A DNA stretch of 64,000 nt from positions 825,267 through 889,266 of the forward strand of contig RHPI01001116.1 in the NCBI GenBank assembly GCA_009103225.1, in the 5' to 3' direction. How positions within the stretch are numbered: the first letter of the stretch is position 1; each line of letters begins with the position of its first letter. Under the pieces are notes generated by a model. It was not told the origin of the DNA, did no database searches, and saw only the letters and a list, made by a program, of their open reading frames with translations. A program made the position numbers and the translations under genes. This stretch comes from Chlorokybus atmophyticus (Eukaryota > Plantae > Mesostigma and Chlorokybus algae). Shown piece after piece: positions 1-13,756 of the stretch.

Positions 1-1694
1 TTGAGTACAGTTATTAAGCACATGCAATCAGCACGCAATATTTACATTTGTGTGTGTAGTGCAAATGTATATATATATGTACATATATATGTATATATGT
101 ACACACGCATGTATGTAATTATAAATGACATATACACAATACAATGCTTGTCGTAAGGTTAGTTAAAAAAATAACAATTGCACAATCACACAGCAATAAG
201 TGCTCGTATTTACTTTTATAAAAGAAATGATGGTTTTGGCTTTGAGCGCATATAGCCAAGTCGTGTGCAATGTGTCATTTAGGCCAAGTTCATGGCATTA
301 ACATATGACTCATTTGGGAAAGCTATCACAATCACACTTAAATAACTTTGAAACAAGATCTGTTATTGTACACATTGCAAATGTTATTATTAAGTTGTCT
401 AATGCAAACACGCAGTGTGTACTCATAATATAATTCAGTGCTATATCAAATACTTGAGCTCGCTAGAAATGTGAAATACGCATAAAAGTAAACGGTGCAA
501 ATGATTTGGCAATGAGCATGTTAACTTCAATCGATATGTAGGTGATAAATTGAATGCAACTGTTGATGATGTACTATCTACTACTACAGTTTGTGCTACG
601 AACGTTTATAAACATATTAAGGGTCTGACTTGCTTACGCTGTTGCATGATACATACATTTCGCTTATCAGCATATTGCGTCATAATATAGACACACCTTA
701 CCAAGTATAGCTTTACGTGTATATGTTATTGAACACATAGATGTCAAATAGCAGATAGTAGACTGATAACTGTCCCTGCAGCATGCATTATTCTACGCAG
801 TGTCCAATGGGGAAATGCGTTGGGCGGTTAAATAATTATGGTAGTGGTATTATTGAAGATCGAAGCCTTATTTGCATATCATTGTCAAACTTTGCCGATT
901 AAGCCCCACCTTGTATTTTGCCCCTCTACCTGAAACCTTATTTGACCCTTTAATTTTTATTGCTATGTGACGCATCGATGATTGTAACTTCTGTACCATG
1001 ATTAAACTCAACAATGCATTATCACATCATGATTACAATACTTTGGCTTGATATTTCCTTCAAGATCAACACAAGCACACTTGATAGACACATATGCACC
1101 ATATATACATGTATATAACAAGGGTTAACAATTGTGAATGCATGGTGTGATAACAAGGTAATGGTATCAGTCTTAATGACATATGACATAATGAATTGAT
1201 TTAAAAAAACGCATATACATTATGCATATCATTTCAATGCATAACGTATAATTTGATCATGCACATGTTTGGCATGCACATAACATGCATATAATGACAT
1301 TTAGCTGCCCGCCTTGATGCAAGCGTATACATACATTTGAACAATCTGTCAATATGCATGGTATATATTGCCGTACACATATAAACACATCCTGCTTGCG
1401 AAAGACGTATTTACATATGATTTGAGCTGCTTCCCTTGATCTAAGCACCATTCGCACACCTCAATGTATGCACAACCATTGTGAGCCAAAGTTTTGCTTA
1501 CATGGAGCTCGTATTGTACTGGATGACTTCAGCCAGAGCGACATCGACTTCATTTAGGGAAGTCAACATCGAGTCTCACAGGGGTTTAGTTCATCATGAT
1601 TAACATGATGATGCGCCGCTTTGGCTCTGCACCAAAAAGGCCAAGGCAGGCAACCGGAGCAGGAAGCTAAGCACAGCGCCCCGCGCAACGGATA

Positions 1695-1805
1695 GAGCCC
1701 AAACAGCAACGCGCAGCGTTCTGGGCTGTCAGACGGTCAGGAGTTCGTTCTGATCCGTCGCGGCCGAATCCACGTGATACGCTCCCCACATCACCCTAAC
1801 AAACC
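1695..1805. promoter_or_regulatory. Plant-type promoter motifs (site II TGGGCY x2 and a telo-box-like motif) upstream of the zinc-finger gene
   Basis: AGCCCA at 1696-1701, TGGGCT at 1722-1727 and ACCCTAACAAACC at 1793-1805, at the shift from AT-rich to GC-rich sequence. Short motifs, so they could occur by chance. Confidence 0.3.
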
Positions 1806-2202
1806 AAACATCATAGCCACATGCTGGCTCGTAATTTATGAGTCATAAAGCCCATTCTCAGCTACATAGTGTTAACATCGAATGTCATAACCTGTTGTTA
1901 TGCAGGGAGGGAATGAGGTGGAGTCATCAGGCAGCGCTTACCTCAATCAAATTGGGTAGGGCAAGGCAAGGGTGGGGATTAGGAAGAAATTCCGTACCTG
2001 CTGCAGGTCTGACACAGAGGCCTGCAGGTCCTACGTGGCGCACGCCAATGGGAAGGCGGCTTGCTGCCTGCGCGCGCGTCCGGTACGGCAAGCCGACGGC
2101 CTGGTCCAGACTTTTGGGCTGGGCTGAGGAGGCGGCGGGTTGAGGCAGAGGCAGGGGCGGCGGCGGTGGGGAGGTTGTTGGCGGGGTGGGTGAAGAGGTG
2201 AN

Positions 2203-4175
2203 CGCCAGGGATAGCCACCAGCGTGCTGTTCATCACAGAGCGGAGTGGGCCTGCCGGTGAGACACACATGTGCAAATGGCACATATAAAAATACTTTCTA
2301 ATCACTCACCCTCGCTCGCATGCAACATTTGTTGACTTGTATGGTGGCCCAATGATCAGGGTTGTTGACTTGTATGCATCTATTCATGCTCGCATGGTGC
2401 CCAGTAATCAGGGTTGTAATAGTTGCACCCCAACACAACCGCAATTGTGCTGTTTAGCAAAGCCAATTTGCATTCTGCAATGTGCTTTTCCCCTCAGTGT
2501 GTCAATTCAAGCAGGAGCGGATAGCAGTTGTGCGCATTTGTTTTGGGGGGGGGGGGGGGGGGGNNNNNNNNNNNNNNNNNNNNNNNNNNNNNNNNNNNNN
2601 NNNNNNNNNNNNNNNNNNNNNNNNNNNNNNNNNNNGGGGGGGTGATGTTGCCGTGTGTGGGAATGTGTGTGCGTGTGTGTGCGTAGGCGCGCAGGTTGCA
2701 GTCTGGTGTTTGCTACCCGTCACAAGCGTGACGCACACGTGGAGACGGAGCACTCCAGCCCGGACGCGTTGGTGTGTCCGGCGTGCCGTGTTCGCTTCCA
2801 CTCTCGCCGCAACCTCCATCGCCACCTCCTCTCCAACCGCGGCCGTCGCCAGTGCGCCCTCCTCCTCAACCCCAACACCACCACCACCACCAACAACCAC
2901 GCGTCCACCTCCTCCGCCCCGGCCTCAACACCCGCCGCCGCGGAGGATCCACCCGATGACGGGGGTGGAGGCATGGTGGGTGGCCTCGCTGTCGGGTACA
3001 TCTCAGATCCCAACGCAACCGCGGCGGCGCGCTTCTCCTCGGCGAGGTTCACGCCCCCGCCAACCCAACCCAACGCCGGCCTGCACGCATTGCACCAGCT
3101 GGCGGGGCCGCATCATCATCATCAACAGCAGCTCTCTCATCCTGCTCGCCAGCAAGCACCGCAGCCTCTACACCAGCTCGCAGGCATGAACATGCACAAC
3201 TCACCTGGTGAGCTGGTTGGTAGCTCCGTGTGCATGCATGTGTGCGTGCATGTCTGCGCACACACGGTGGGACGCTTGCGTGTGCATGCGTGTGTGTGCG
3301 TTTTGTGCGTTGATGCTTGGCATGAGGGAGTACATTGGGTTGGTGTAAAGTTGTAGCTTTAACACAGGTTTGTCTTTGGGAAATCATGGTTTGGGCGGTG
3401 CGGCTCCGTGGCTTGCGCCCCCGCTGCCTCTCTCCATGCAGTCTCCTCTGCTGACCATGCACGGGCCGATCGTGGCCGAAGGACAGACTCAGGCGGACAG
3501 GTTGTGCGACCTCCTGCAGTGAGTGACTCGCTAAAAGCGTGTGGTTACTGCTACTGGTGTTGTTGATGGTGTTGTCGTCGTTAGCACGCGTGTGGTTGTG
3601 TCACTCACATGTGTGTTTGTGCTTCCAGCAGCACACACTGCGCGGACCAGTTGACCCTTCAGATCCTGGACCGCGACGCGTTCGAGTCCGCTCCCGGTCG
3701 CTGCGACCGTATTCTTCTCGTGAAGGACAACGGCGTGAGGGACGTGGCGATGTACGTGGTGAACAACCAGACGGGTCGCGGGGGGATGCCCCCGCAGCAG
3801 GCCAGAGACCTCCTCTCCATGCTGCTGGACGAGGACCGAGGTGGAGGTGGAGGTGACTCGGCGACACTACCTCTACTCAACATGCACTCGCAGTCGCTTC
3901 ATCAACGGAATCATCACTCCCAGCAGCAGCATCACCAACATCAGCATCACCAGCAGCAGCAGTCTTCACCCCAACATCAACATCATCATCACCAACAACA
4001 ACAACATCAGCATCAGGACCAGCTCAGCAACGGTGGTGTGGCCAAGTTCGGCAAGTCGCTCGGCCTCGGCCAACCCGACGCAGCGGGAGGGATGTTTTCG
4101 CAGAACTCTTCGCACCCACCGCCGTCTTCGATGTTCTCCAACCTGTCTCACGTGCAGTCGGCGCTGGTGCAGTGA
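2203..4175 (+). CDS. C2H2 zinc-finger protein with a His/Gln-rich C-terminal region (multi-exon, 5' end unresolved)
   Basis: Splicing 2256/2687 (GTGAG..TAG) gives RDSHQRAVHHRAEWACRRAGCSLVFATRHKRDAHVETEH..CPACRVRFHSRRNLHRHL, i.e. tandem C2H2 fingers. Later exons at ~3441-3518 and ~3630-4175 (LDRDAFESAPGRCDRILLVKDNG.., poly-Q/H). The start is obscured by an N at 2202. Confidence 0.75.
2564..2635. other. Assembly gap flanked by poly-G
   Basis: N run between G homopolymers, inside intron 1 of the zinc-finger gene. Confidence 0.95.
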
Positions 4176-5760
4176 GTGTGTGTGTGTGGGTGGGCGCGTG
4201 TGCTGTGTTGGCAAAGCCTGTGGGGAGGAGCTATTTGCCGGGTGCGGTGGGAAGCATCGAGTGCGTGTGAATAAGTGCAGAGCGGTGGGGCGCTGTTACA
4301 GGCAGTGTTGAGTTCTGCATGGGGGGCGCGTGTATATAATACATAGCAAGGCGCGAGAAGAGAGAGGAAGAGAGTGTGTGAGAGCGTGCTGCAACCGCAG
4401 GGTAGAGTGAGTTCATGTGTAGGTGTGTGGGGCCATGCATCCGTCATAGGCTGCTCGGAGGTTGAGAGAGTTTGAGGCCCGTGTGTAGTGTAGACTTGGC
4501 TTCGCCCCGCCTCTGAGCCCCGTACCACCAATGGTGAGTGTCTCGGCAACGCTCGTGTTGATGGGTCCTGCCATTGTTGTGTGTATGAATTTGGCGGTGT
4601 GCTTATATATGAAGCTGGTTTGTATCTGTACACCGCATCACAGAGTGCGGCTGCGGATGACAAAGTGTTTGGTGCTTGATGGAGTGCACTGTACAAGGCT
4701 TGGTGGGCATGGCATGCTCCTTTGTAATTATCGTTATGTATGATCAAGCGCAGTTGCAGCACCATCGCAGATTGTTGCTGGGCGCTGCCATTGGCAGTGT
4801 ACAAAAGATCGTATGCTGAATTAGTCACATGCAAATTTTGCAACAACAACAGCACAGCAACACAACATGCAGCTGTGGGCACATACCATGCTTACACTCT
4901 ACATCAGCAGCTCACCACCGGGTACTCTACCTCAACACGCTAAGCCCCTGCCCCAGCCCCTGTATTCAAACAGAGACAGTGTACATGAATCTCCGAAACT
5001 ATTATATGCATTCGCCACTTACTGCATTTGACCAACAATGCACTGATACATACAAATATATGGAAAAGTCAAAAGTCTAGGATCAGTTGCTCATTACCGG
5101 CTAGTTGCCTTGTCCAGTTCCACCAGCCTCATCACAGTCGCCACACACCATGGTGCATGCTGTATGTGTACCATGGATCTATGTACACAGGTAGCGGAAG
5201 TGTAGGGAGTGATTTAGGTAGTGCACTAGGGCCCGGTGGTCAATGGTCAATGGTTGTGCCTGTATGCTATGTGCTGATGACGCTACTTGCATGTCAAATG
5301 CATGAGCAAATGCACATCACACTATGCATGTTGCATCTTTGTACTCACTTCGGGCACCCCACGCATGTTGCCAACCACACCCGCGCCACACACAGCCACA
5401 GATGCTGTTGCACAAACATCAACCTCCAACATGTACCCAAAGAACAGCTGAAATATATGGCAGTAGCCAGTACCATAGAAGCAGGCTTGAAAACTAAGTA
5501 ACACCACTATACAACACGCAGTTTGTAACTACGGTTTGTAGCATAAGTCCGCATAACCAGCGCAGCGGTCTGATTGAGGAGGGTGACCGACAAACTGAGG
5601 GTGAACTCTTGTATTCAATATAATAGCCTGGTGTAACAAACAAAGGCAGTAACATGAAACAACCTTTTCTCCACCTGTCTCATGCAAACTAAAACACCGA
5701 TGATGTCATCGTATGCAACGGTTGCATGCTTCATCGCAACACAACATGCGCGAGAGAGCT

Positions 5761-8522
5761 TTAAGGACAAAATAGCTTCACTGCCGCCTGCTCGACAGTG
5801 GCCTCAATGGGACCGTACTGGAGCGGGCACTGGCGGCGGTTGCCTGAGATGGACGCGAGCTCGCCATCAACGGCGATGGCGCCGGTCTTGGGGTTGTTTC
5901 CGGCATGGCCAGGCTCGAGCTTGAAGGCGCGGACCTTGCGGTAGTGGACGGGGGCGACGTCCTTGAGCTTGGCCCCACGGAAGAGCTGCATGAACACCTT
6001 GATGAGCTCCACGCGCTTGGCCTTGCGGATCCAGAAGAGCTCCATGGACCCGTCGGCAAGGTGGGCGTCGGGAGCCATGTGCATATTGTGCGCAACCCAC
6101 TCTGTCTTGCATGCAAACACAACGAGGAAGCGACCCTCCTCAACAATCCACTCGCCCTCCCGATACTTCCTGTCCCCTTTGTTGCTCTTGAATGCTTGCG
6201 AGCGCGTGGGATCACCCCCGCTCATTGTCTCCAATCTCCTGATCTTCCTCTCCTCAGGGGCGTCTTCAGGCTCAGGGTCTGCCAAACACACACAACATGA
6301 ACTCACCCGTTTCTACAAATGCAAAACTCCGTCTGTCCAGGCGCAGGTCTTACCAACTATCTGCTGCTTTGACTCCACGTACGGCCCGGGCAGGTACTTC
6401 AACCGGCCTTGGTAGTGGTGGAACTTCACCATGTGAATGAGAGACTGCAAAAGGAAAAGGTTAGTGACTGGGACCATGTGTTCATACGCGTGTGCAGACA
6501 CACAACATACACACATCAATTGGCAACAAACCACACATTGCACTACTCACAAACAACATATACGTGTGTGAACACACGACACACGTCACATGACAACACG
6601 ACAACCACATGTTGCGCTTCTCACAAACAAATGCAAGGCAGATCATACATATACAAACTGAGATGTGTCCTTGCCTGGAACGTGATGCGGAACATTCCCA
6701 TCCACCGGAACTTCTCAGACTCAACATCGATGTCACTGCCAATGCCCCAGACAATGGAGTGGATGGACTGGATGACATTGTTGCCCTGCTGAATGTGGAC
6801 AATGTCCGCAGGTGTGAGGTTGCCGCGCACAACCGCGCAGGCGCCCGAGGTTGGGTGATTGGGCTCATTGGCCATCTTGAGCACGGTTGTGGCCACGCCG
6901 TTGCCCGTGCCCACGGGCACGGAGGCGAGGGGCATCCTGCGCGCTTCCTCCTTGTCGGGGCGGGCCATGAGGCCGTTGAGCACCTCCGAGAGCACGCCGT
7001 CGCCACTGCACACCGCGATGCCATCCACTGAGTTCAGGTCGTACGTCTTCATCTCGTCGAATGCGTGGCCCTTGTGCGTCGTGAACAGCTCTTTCAGCTC
7101 GATGTGCGCCGCCTGGAACACAGGCTTGATGTACGAGTTGTACTTCTTGAGAGCGTCCCCGCGCCCGCCATTTGGGTTCACCACAATTGCAATGCGCTTC
7201 GGCCTTGCTGCAGAACAATAATCAAACAATGAGGCATCGTAATAAGCTGAAGAGTATGCAGTGTTGCTCTTGCCTACCAACAACGCTATCGCAATGCTGT
7301 GACAACAGATAGCACACATGTGGTCAAAACAAGAGTGGACTTGATTGTAGATGCCCTACTGTATGTTCAAAGCAGATAGATTGCTCATCAATGCAAAAAA
7401 GTTGAGTTCAGTTTGAGAATCACCGGCCCAACAAACCCACGACCCAAACAAACCCAAAGACCTGTAGTGAACTGTAGTGAACACAACAATATATGCAAAG
7501 CGACGCCCACATGCTTGGCAGCTGTATACTCACATTTGGTCAAGTCGCTGAGTGTGGCGACCCACTTGTCGCAGTCTGATGGGTCCGCGAATGCGATGTG
7601 GATGTCCACTTTCTGGCGCAGGCGCTCCTGCTTCTGCTTCTTCTTGATGGTGATGAGGATGGTCTGCATCGGGTACGAGTGAATGGTGAGCTTGCCCGGT
7701 TCGGGGCCCGCCTCCCAGCCCATGATGTCCCGCAGCTCCACTTTGTTCTCTGCCGGCAGCGACGACAGCTTCAGCGCCACAGACATCTTCTGCAGGCCAA
7801 GAGTGTCTGTGATCGTGTTTATCACTGTCTTGGGAAACGCCCATCCTATCTGCAAGGCACCAAATGTCAAACAGAAGCTCACACATGAGCGCATGCACTC
7901 TGTTACCTCTCCAGACAGAGCACTGGACTTGCAACAGTACATGAATAATTGAGTCAACGAAACAAGCCAAACTGTTCAGCGCTCCACAGACTGACAAGGG
8001 CATAATGCATGCAGAGAAACAACAGCAAAGACGAGAGAGTTCATATAGAAAGCATACACACAAGCACAGCACAATGCATGACGGCAGCTGCAAACACGGT
8101 GGAAGGCCAAGGACCTCTCCAGTGAAGCAGTCGAGGGTGACAGTGCCGGCGTCGCCGTTGACGGTGGCCTGAGTCTCAAGGAAGGTATTGTCGGAGCCGA
8201 CAGGGTGCAGGACCGAGGGGACGCTGGACGTGGAAGTGGAGGAGGCGGGGGCTGGGGCGATGGCAGGGGCGATGGAGGGCTTGGTGGCGGCGCCATCCGT
8301 CAGGTCCACATTAGCAAGCGCCACCGACGAAGCAAGCGCCGGGGTAAACGGCGCGTCGAGCGGCTCGCTGATGGGCTTCGCTACGGCGGCTTGCTGCACC
8401 GCCACGAGCTCCGCCGCCGCAACGGCCTTGGCACCCACCACCCCGCCCACAAGCTCCTCGCCGTTAACCGCGGCCGCCGACGGCCCCTCGGCCACCAGCG
8501 GCCTGGCCGTCTCCGCCGTCAT
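5761..8522 (-). CDS. SPHK: Sphingosine / long-chain base kinase (DAGK catalytic domain), multi-exon
   Basis: Exons ~8115-8522, 7534-7849, 6675-7207, 6354-6444, 5761-6278. Motifs VVNPNGGRG, SGDGVLSEVLNGL, PVGTGNG, DIDVESEKFRWMG, GAIAVDGE. Splice phases are consistent. The start could extend towards 8768. Confidence 0.93.
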
Positions 8523-11009
8523 GCTGCACAACAGCACCACCACCTTCCTCCTGCTCCTTGGCCCTGCCTCCTCTCTCCCGCCCACTGCCCTCGCCTGCCC
8601 TCCTCTCCCTGCCGCCCCCAAGCCTGCTCCTGCTGCTGCTGCAACGGCGACAGCGACAGCGGCAGCGGCGGTGCCTTCAAGAAGGATGTTTGCCACGTGG
8701 GCACTTTGAGCTGGGAGAAGAGAGCTCGCTTCGCACACACAAACACACTCACCTTGAACAGGGACCAAACCTCAGGTCCTGCGCTCTCGTTTTTGTTTAC
8801 CCTACAAGGCAACGTTCCCTTCGTCTCAGCGGGGAATCCGGGGGAATCATGATGCACTGCAGCTCTCGTACACCTCTCGTACACCTCTACTGCACCTAGT
8901 GATGATTCAATCATGTCGTGCCTACGCTGTAAAAATTGTCGACGGCGTTGTCCCGGTCGGCCCGGTTGCAGAACCGTACTCCGTATTCCGGCAAGGGCAG
9001 GGGTGTGTGCCATGCAACTTCTCTTGAATTGCATGGCAGTGAAACACAAACCAGTGGATTTAGGATGCAAATCAAAGACGTTGAGACACACGTTGTCACC
9101 ACGTCGTGTGTGCGGACCGTTTTCGTAATCGAAACGGCTGCTTTCTCTATTCACTGACACAGAACCACAGGGGGAATCCATTCACCGTCCGAAAGGATTC
9201 TCTAGTATCCTCAAAATGTTGGCCGGAGAAGCAGTAATCAGTATATAGATGTCACTGGAGTTTATACTTGATGCAGTCGATGGCAGGAGGAGCACCTAGT
9301 GATGAACATATACATTACACAACGTGCATGTACAGCGGCACGTCGTTGGTGTACTGTAGCTCGCCTATGTGTTGTTAAGTGCTGCCCGCGCTACATGCAT
9401 ATGGACATCACCCAGCACTGATGGTCCACTAGAGGGTTTAATCCCTCAATGGAAGGGCACTGCTTGTAACTCATTTCTGCATCCGAGGGAAGAGGTTATA
9501 CCAGAAAAACTTCACAACAAGACAATTGTAGCACTGGAGTAAGGCTGTTAGATTCCAGGGTGATACTAGTGGACAATTGCAAACACGTATTGAAGGTTGT
9601 CAATAATAATCGCACATGGTTTTTATTATTTATGGAGTTACGGATCTCAACCCGAAATCATTTTCCGTTTATGGATACACTACATATAACCAGTTTACAT
9701 AACCATTTTAGGCATATTTGTAGTCATGAAAGCACCGCTAAAATAAATGGCATTGTTTTCATGGATTGCGACGGCTTTTTGGCGTGTAATGGTAGCTATA
9801 CCGAGAATGTTTGCAATCATTGTCGTACTTCATCAAATACTCACATTACATAAACCAACATATTTACTTTTATTTTGCAAGCATGTTGACAATGTCTTCA
9901 TTAACTAATATAATATATTATGTGCATGTGATGGATAACCCATTAAGCCGCACAATTTATATAATTTTATATAGTTTTAAGATATAATGTGGAGAGAAGC
10001 CATTATCTCAGTCACTTTTAAATATTTACGGACATGTTTTGATTACACGAATGTTTGCTAAACTTATTAAATGCAAGGGATCAGTGAGACTTTGCATCTT
10101 TATCAACGCGCATCTTTTATCGCGTCCCATTGTAAAAAGTGAAGTGTACACATCTAACATGTCAAGCATAGTGCGTACTGTACTTGCGTAAGTAGTTCAT
10201 GTCATATGCAGCGCAAATGCGCTTAAAATGCCACCAATCATTAAATATTACTACATATTGATCCCATGTTGCTTATATTGTTTTCATGGGTTGGGTTTTT
10301 AGAAATGAGCTTTTACCTCAGCTGACATCCCGTAAAAGCTTTATTTATACTATGATTAATTTTGCACACCATGCGCGTATTGCGCACGCCATGTTTAACC
10401 AAAGTGATTTTGCAAAAGTATTCAATTTAGCATCATGCAATGATTATGCAATGATTATGTAATAATTACATACACTACACATACACATACATCACACATT
10501 AAGCATTTAACCACCTTTACATAGATTGTTTCAGTATGGTTTGTGTTAACTTAACACATTCAAGTTGAATGTGTAACATTAGGATCAATCATATGCATTT
10601 CGCATATAATGTGATATTATACAATATACATTGGTGCATATCAACATGATGGGGCTTGTATAGGCAGACAAGATTTGGTACTTGTTAATCTCATGCTCGA
10701 AGTTTGCGTAAATACGACAAATGAGAAATTCACTGACCTGTAAACATCCCATATACATGTATTGGAATCAAAGCATCTACCACCATATGTACATCACGTG
10801 ATCACCATGTAGCTTTCAATACATAAGCTGACTCATATAGCGGATGCAAACAATACTCACTGTTTCAATGCCATGGGGGCAATAGAAATAGTAAGCATAA
10901 TAGCTGCATAGCGCTGTCCGTATAGCCAATAAAGGGCGCCACTAGTGTGCCACACTATAATAACTGATTTTCACCCGATCACGCCCCGCCCCCCCCAAAA
11001 AGAGATTTA

Positions 11010-11154
11010 NNNNNNNNNNNNNNNNNNNNNNNNNNNNNNNNNNNNNNNNNNNNNNNNNNNNNNNNNNNNNNNNNNNNNNNNNNNNNNNNNNNNNNNNNNN
11101 NNNNNNNNNNNNNNNNNNNNNNNNNNNNNNNNNNNNNNNNNNNNNNNNNNNNNN
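11010..11154. other. Assembly gap
   Basis: N run in an AT-rich intergenic block, with C-rich tracts on both sides. Confidence 0.95.
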
Positions 11155-13085
11155 TTTCCCCCCTCAATTACCATGCCCCCCTCTCCTTAAAAAGTTTAAG
11201 GGGGCATTGTAATCGACTTATAGTGCGCATCCTCGAGTACAATGCTCCCTCCGCTTGTAGGCATGGAAAATGTGGGCAAACCGAGGGAAACATGAGAGGA
11301 AATGGGAGAAGTTGGCGACGAGATGGGGAGAATACCGGTACTCAAGTTGCAGACACGCCACAATCTGCAGCGTTATCACTACCATCATGCATTTTTATTA
11401 ATGTACAGTATTTGTTAACATAAGACTTGCATTATGCGGTGGGTATTGCGAGGTATGCCGTGTCTGGCGGCAGCATCCAAAACACAGTGTCATACCTCGG
11501 CTAATAAAACGCCCTTGAATAGAAAAGCCCCTCCTGATAGGAAGAGGGGGGGGGGGGGGGGTCATGGNTCATTCTCATCATATGAGTACGGTATACGTAT
11601 GTATTTTTATTTTGCTTTTATGTGCAGTGAATATGTATTAAGAGAGGACGCCCTTATGATGGAGGACGAGTGGAGGACATCATGCGCGGAGCCTTGTAAT
11701 TTAGAGAAGAGAAGATAAGTCGCGCAATAACTTGTGCCATTCCCCGAGTGGTTTTACTAATAATCTCACGGCAGCGCCCGCGTTTCAGTATTCAATGGCT
11801 GGATGGCGTTTGTCAAGACTCTTGCGGCTACCGGTAGCTTCCTTATGTTAAGTTGTCCATCCATATGTTACTTCATGCAATAAAATGCGTTTGTTTACGC
11901 ATTTGATTGCATGAAGTGGGCGCATTATTGCTGCTGATAGTAGCGGGTAGAGCCATGGGCAAGAGAGCGGCAACGATGACCATAGTGCGAGGAGGGTGTC
12001 GGCGGTGGGAATGACGCCTGCTGCTATCCTGGATAAGCACACCATGATTCGCTCCAAGAAGGCTTACCAGTGTTGTATCCATCACAAGATAACACTGTCA
12101 TGTCCGTTTGAACACCCACCATTTGTTATGATTGCATTGCAGCAGTAATAGTAATCTGCATGGCAGCGCATAATGACTTTCAACGCAGTGTTGTGTCACA
12201 AATGCAATGTTATCGAGTCCAATGTGGCTGCACTTAATTTGCATTTCAACATGCTTGCACAGGATGCTAACATGCTAGCGCACCACTTGCCAGCATACGT
12301 GCTCATCACATGGTCAGTGTATCATACATGCAATGTCGTGAGTGCCTGGTAATGCCAATGATGCAAAAAAGCTCGATCCATGAGGTTCTTGTTACAGTGG
12401 GTTGACACAGTAAGAGGGTACACAGCAGACTGCACCACATGAGCAATCACATGGACATCTGGGCTTGCGACCAGAGGAGAATATAAACGTTACCGGTTTT
12501 TTCTTCTATATAGAGATGGATCTTCTTGTACAGCAGCTACCTTCTATACTCAACATCCTGAGTCATAGCCACGGCTGCCGACGCAGCTGCTGCTGCGGCA
12601 GCAGCTGCCAGCTTGCGCATCCAACATTCCTGTGTCTCCTACGGAAGTTACCACTATTAGCCTGTAGCAAAGCAAATTGTTGCCACAGAGCCTCCTACTG
12701 AACAGCATGCAACGTGCAAAAGCGTCACATGTGCTGTGCGGCTCGCTGACAGGTCACAGTGCATGGCACAATGCATGTACAGACTGCCAGTAAAACTGCT
12801 AACCAAAGACTTCAACTCTGTGCGGTACCATGATGACACATCTGCGCATCAATATTTGCGTTGCCACCAGGATACCAGATGAGCTAGCTCATCACTGCGA
12901 GCACCGAGGAGATGTGCCACTAAGCTGGTGACCGCCATGCTGCAAGCGACGGCCTGTTCGTGGTAAACTTGCGTAGGTCAACGACCACATACAGGCCCAA
13001 ACAGTAGCACTGTATCTAGCAGCAGGGAAACTGCTAGAATCAGTGATACACTCAATGCCCTGCGGTGCTTGGCCTCGACTAAAGC

Positions 13086-13756
13086 TTAGCTAACCACAAA
13101 CTGCATAGGTAGTCCTAGTTGCCCCATGTCCGTGCTCCGAGCATCCTGGCGGCAAACGCAGATGATGGCAACTACCAGTGTACCCTACCCCGCAAACGTC
13201 ATGCAGACAGAGTGAACACCGTGAACAACTAGAAAGTGCAAGTATCGCAGTTACATAACATAACATGCACCTTGTCGGCTCCTGACGCGACATCTTCATC
13301 TGTGGTAATGCCGAGAGTGTTGGCCAGCATCAGCTCCTCTTGGTGCAACAGCTGCCGACACGTCCCATGGCCCGACACCAAGCCGTCCAAGTCCATCTCC
13401 AGCGTTGCGCTGCGCTGCGAGCCTCCTCCACCAAAACCCCTTTCCCATGTAGCCACCCCGCGGCTCATAACACCGCTCCTGTCATTCCTGCTGCTCCCAT
13501 ATTCCAAGCATGCCTTTACCTAGCATACACCACACCAAGTCAGCCAGCATTGACGCATAGCACAGCATAGCATGAAGCTGTTGCGTTGACGCAAGTCTGC
13601 AACACCTCAATTACAAGCTGTTCCACCAACCTGCACCCTCCTTTTGCAAACCAACCGCACGAAGGGCGGCTCCGCAACGCTGTGTCCTGCTCTTCCACTG
13701 AAACCAGCAGCCGCGGCACACCCGCAGCTCACCGCCGCCGCCGTCACCGCCGCCAT
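13086..13756 (-). CDS. Putative spliced orphan protein (~144 aa, Ala/Ser/Arg-rich transit-peptide-like N-terminus), divergent from ATXR3
   Basis: Three phase-0 exons: 13631-13756 (MAAVTAAAVSCG..CKRRVQ), 13271-13519 (VKACLEYG..RQLLHQEELMLANTLG..GADK) and 13086-13145 (DARSTDMGQLGLPMQFVVS-TAA), joined by GT-AG introns of 111 and 125 nt. No family recognised. Confidence 0.4.

Noticed and set aside
9299-9421. Possible C/D box snoRNA (GTGATGA..CTGA)
   Set aside because: The terminal stem is only about 3 bp and no rRNA/snRNA antisense element is recognisable.
9560-9853. AT-rich 97-aa ORF (and 49089-49352) as possible viral or transposon genes
   Set aside because: No recognisable motif, and length and composition are compatible with chance ORFs.
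12860-12880. GTATCCTG donor resembling a U12-type 5' splice site
   Set aside because: It lies in an unverified exon model, deviates from GTATCCTT, and no U12 branch point (TCCTTAAC) was found.
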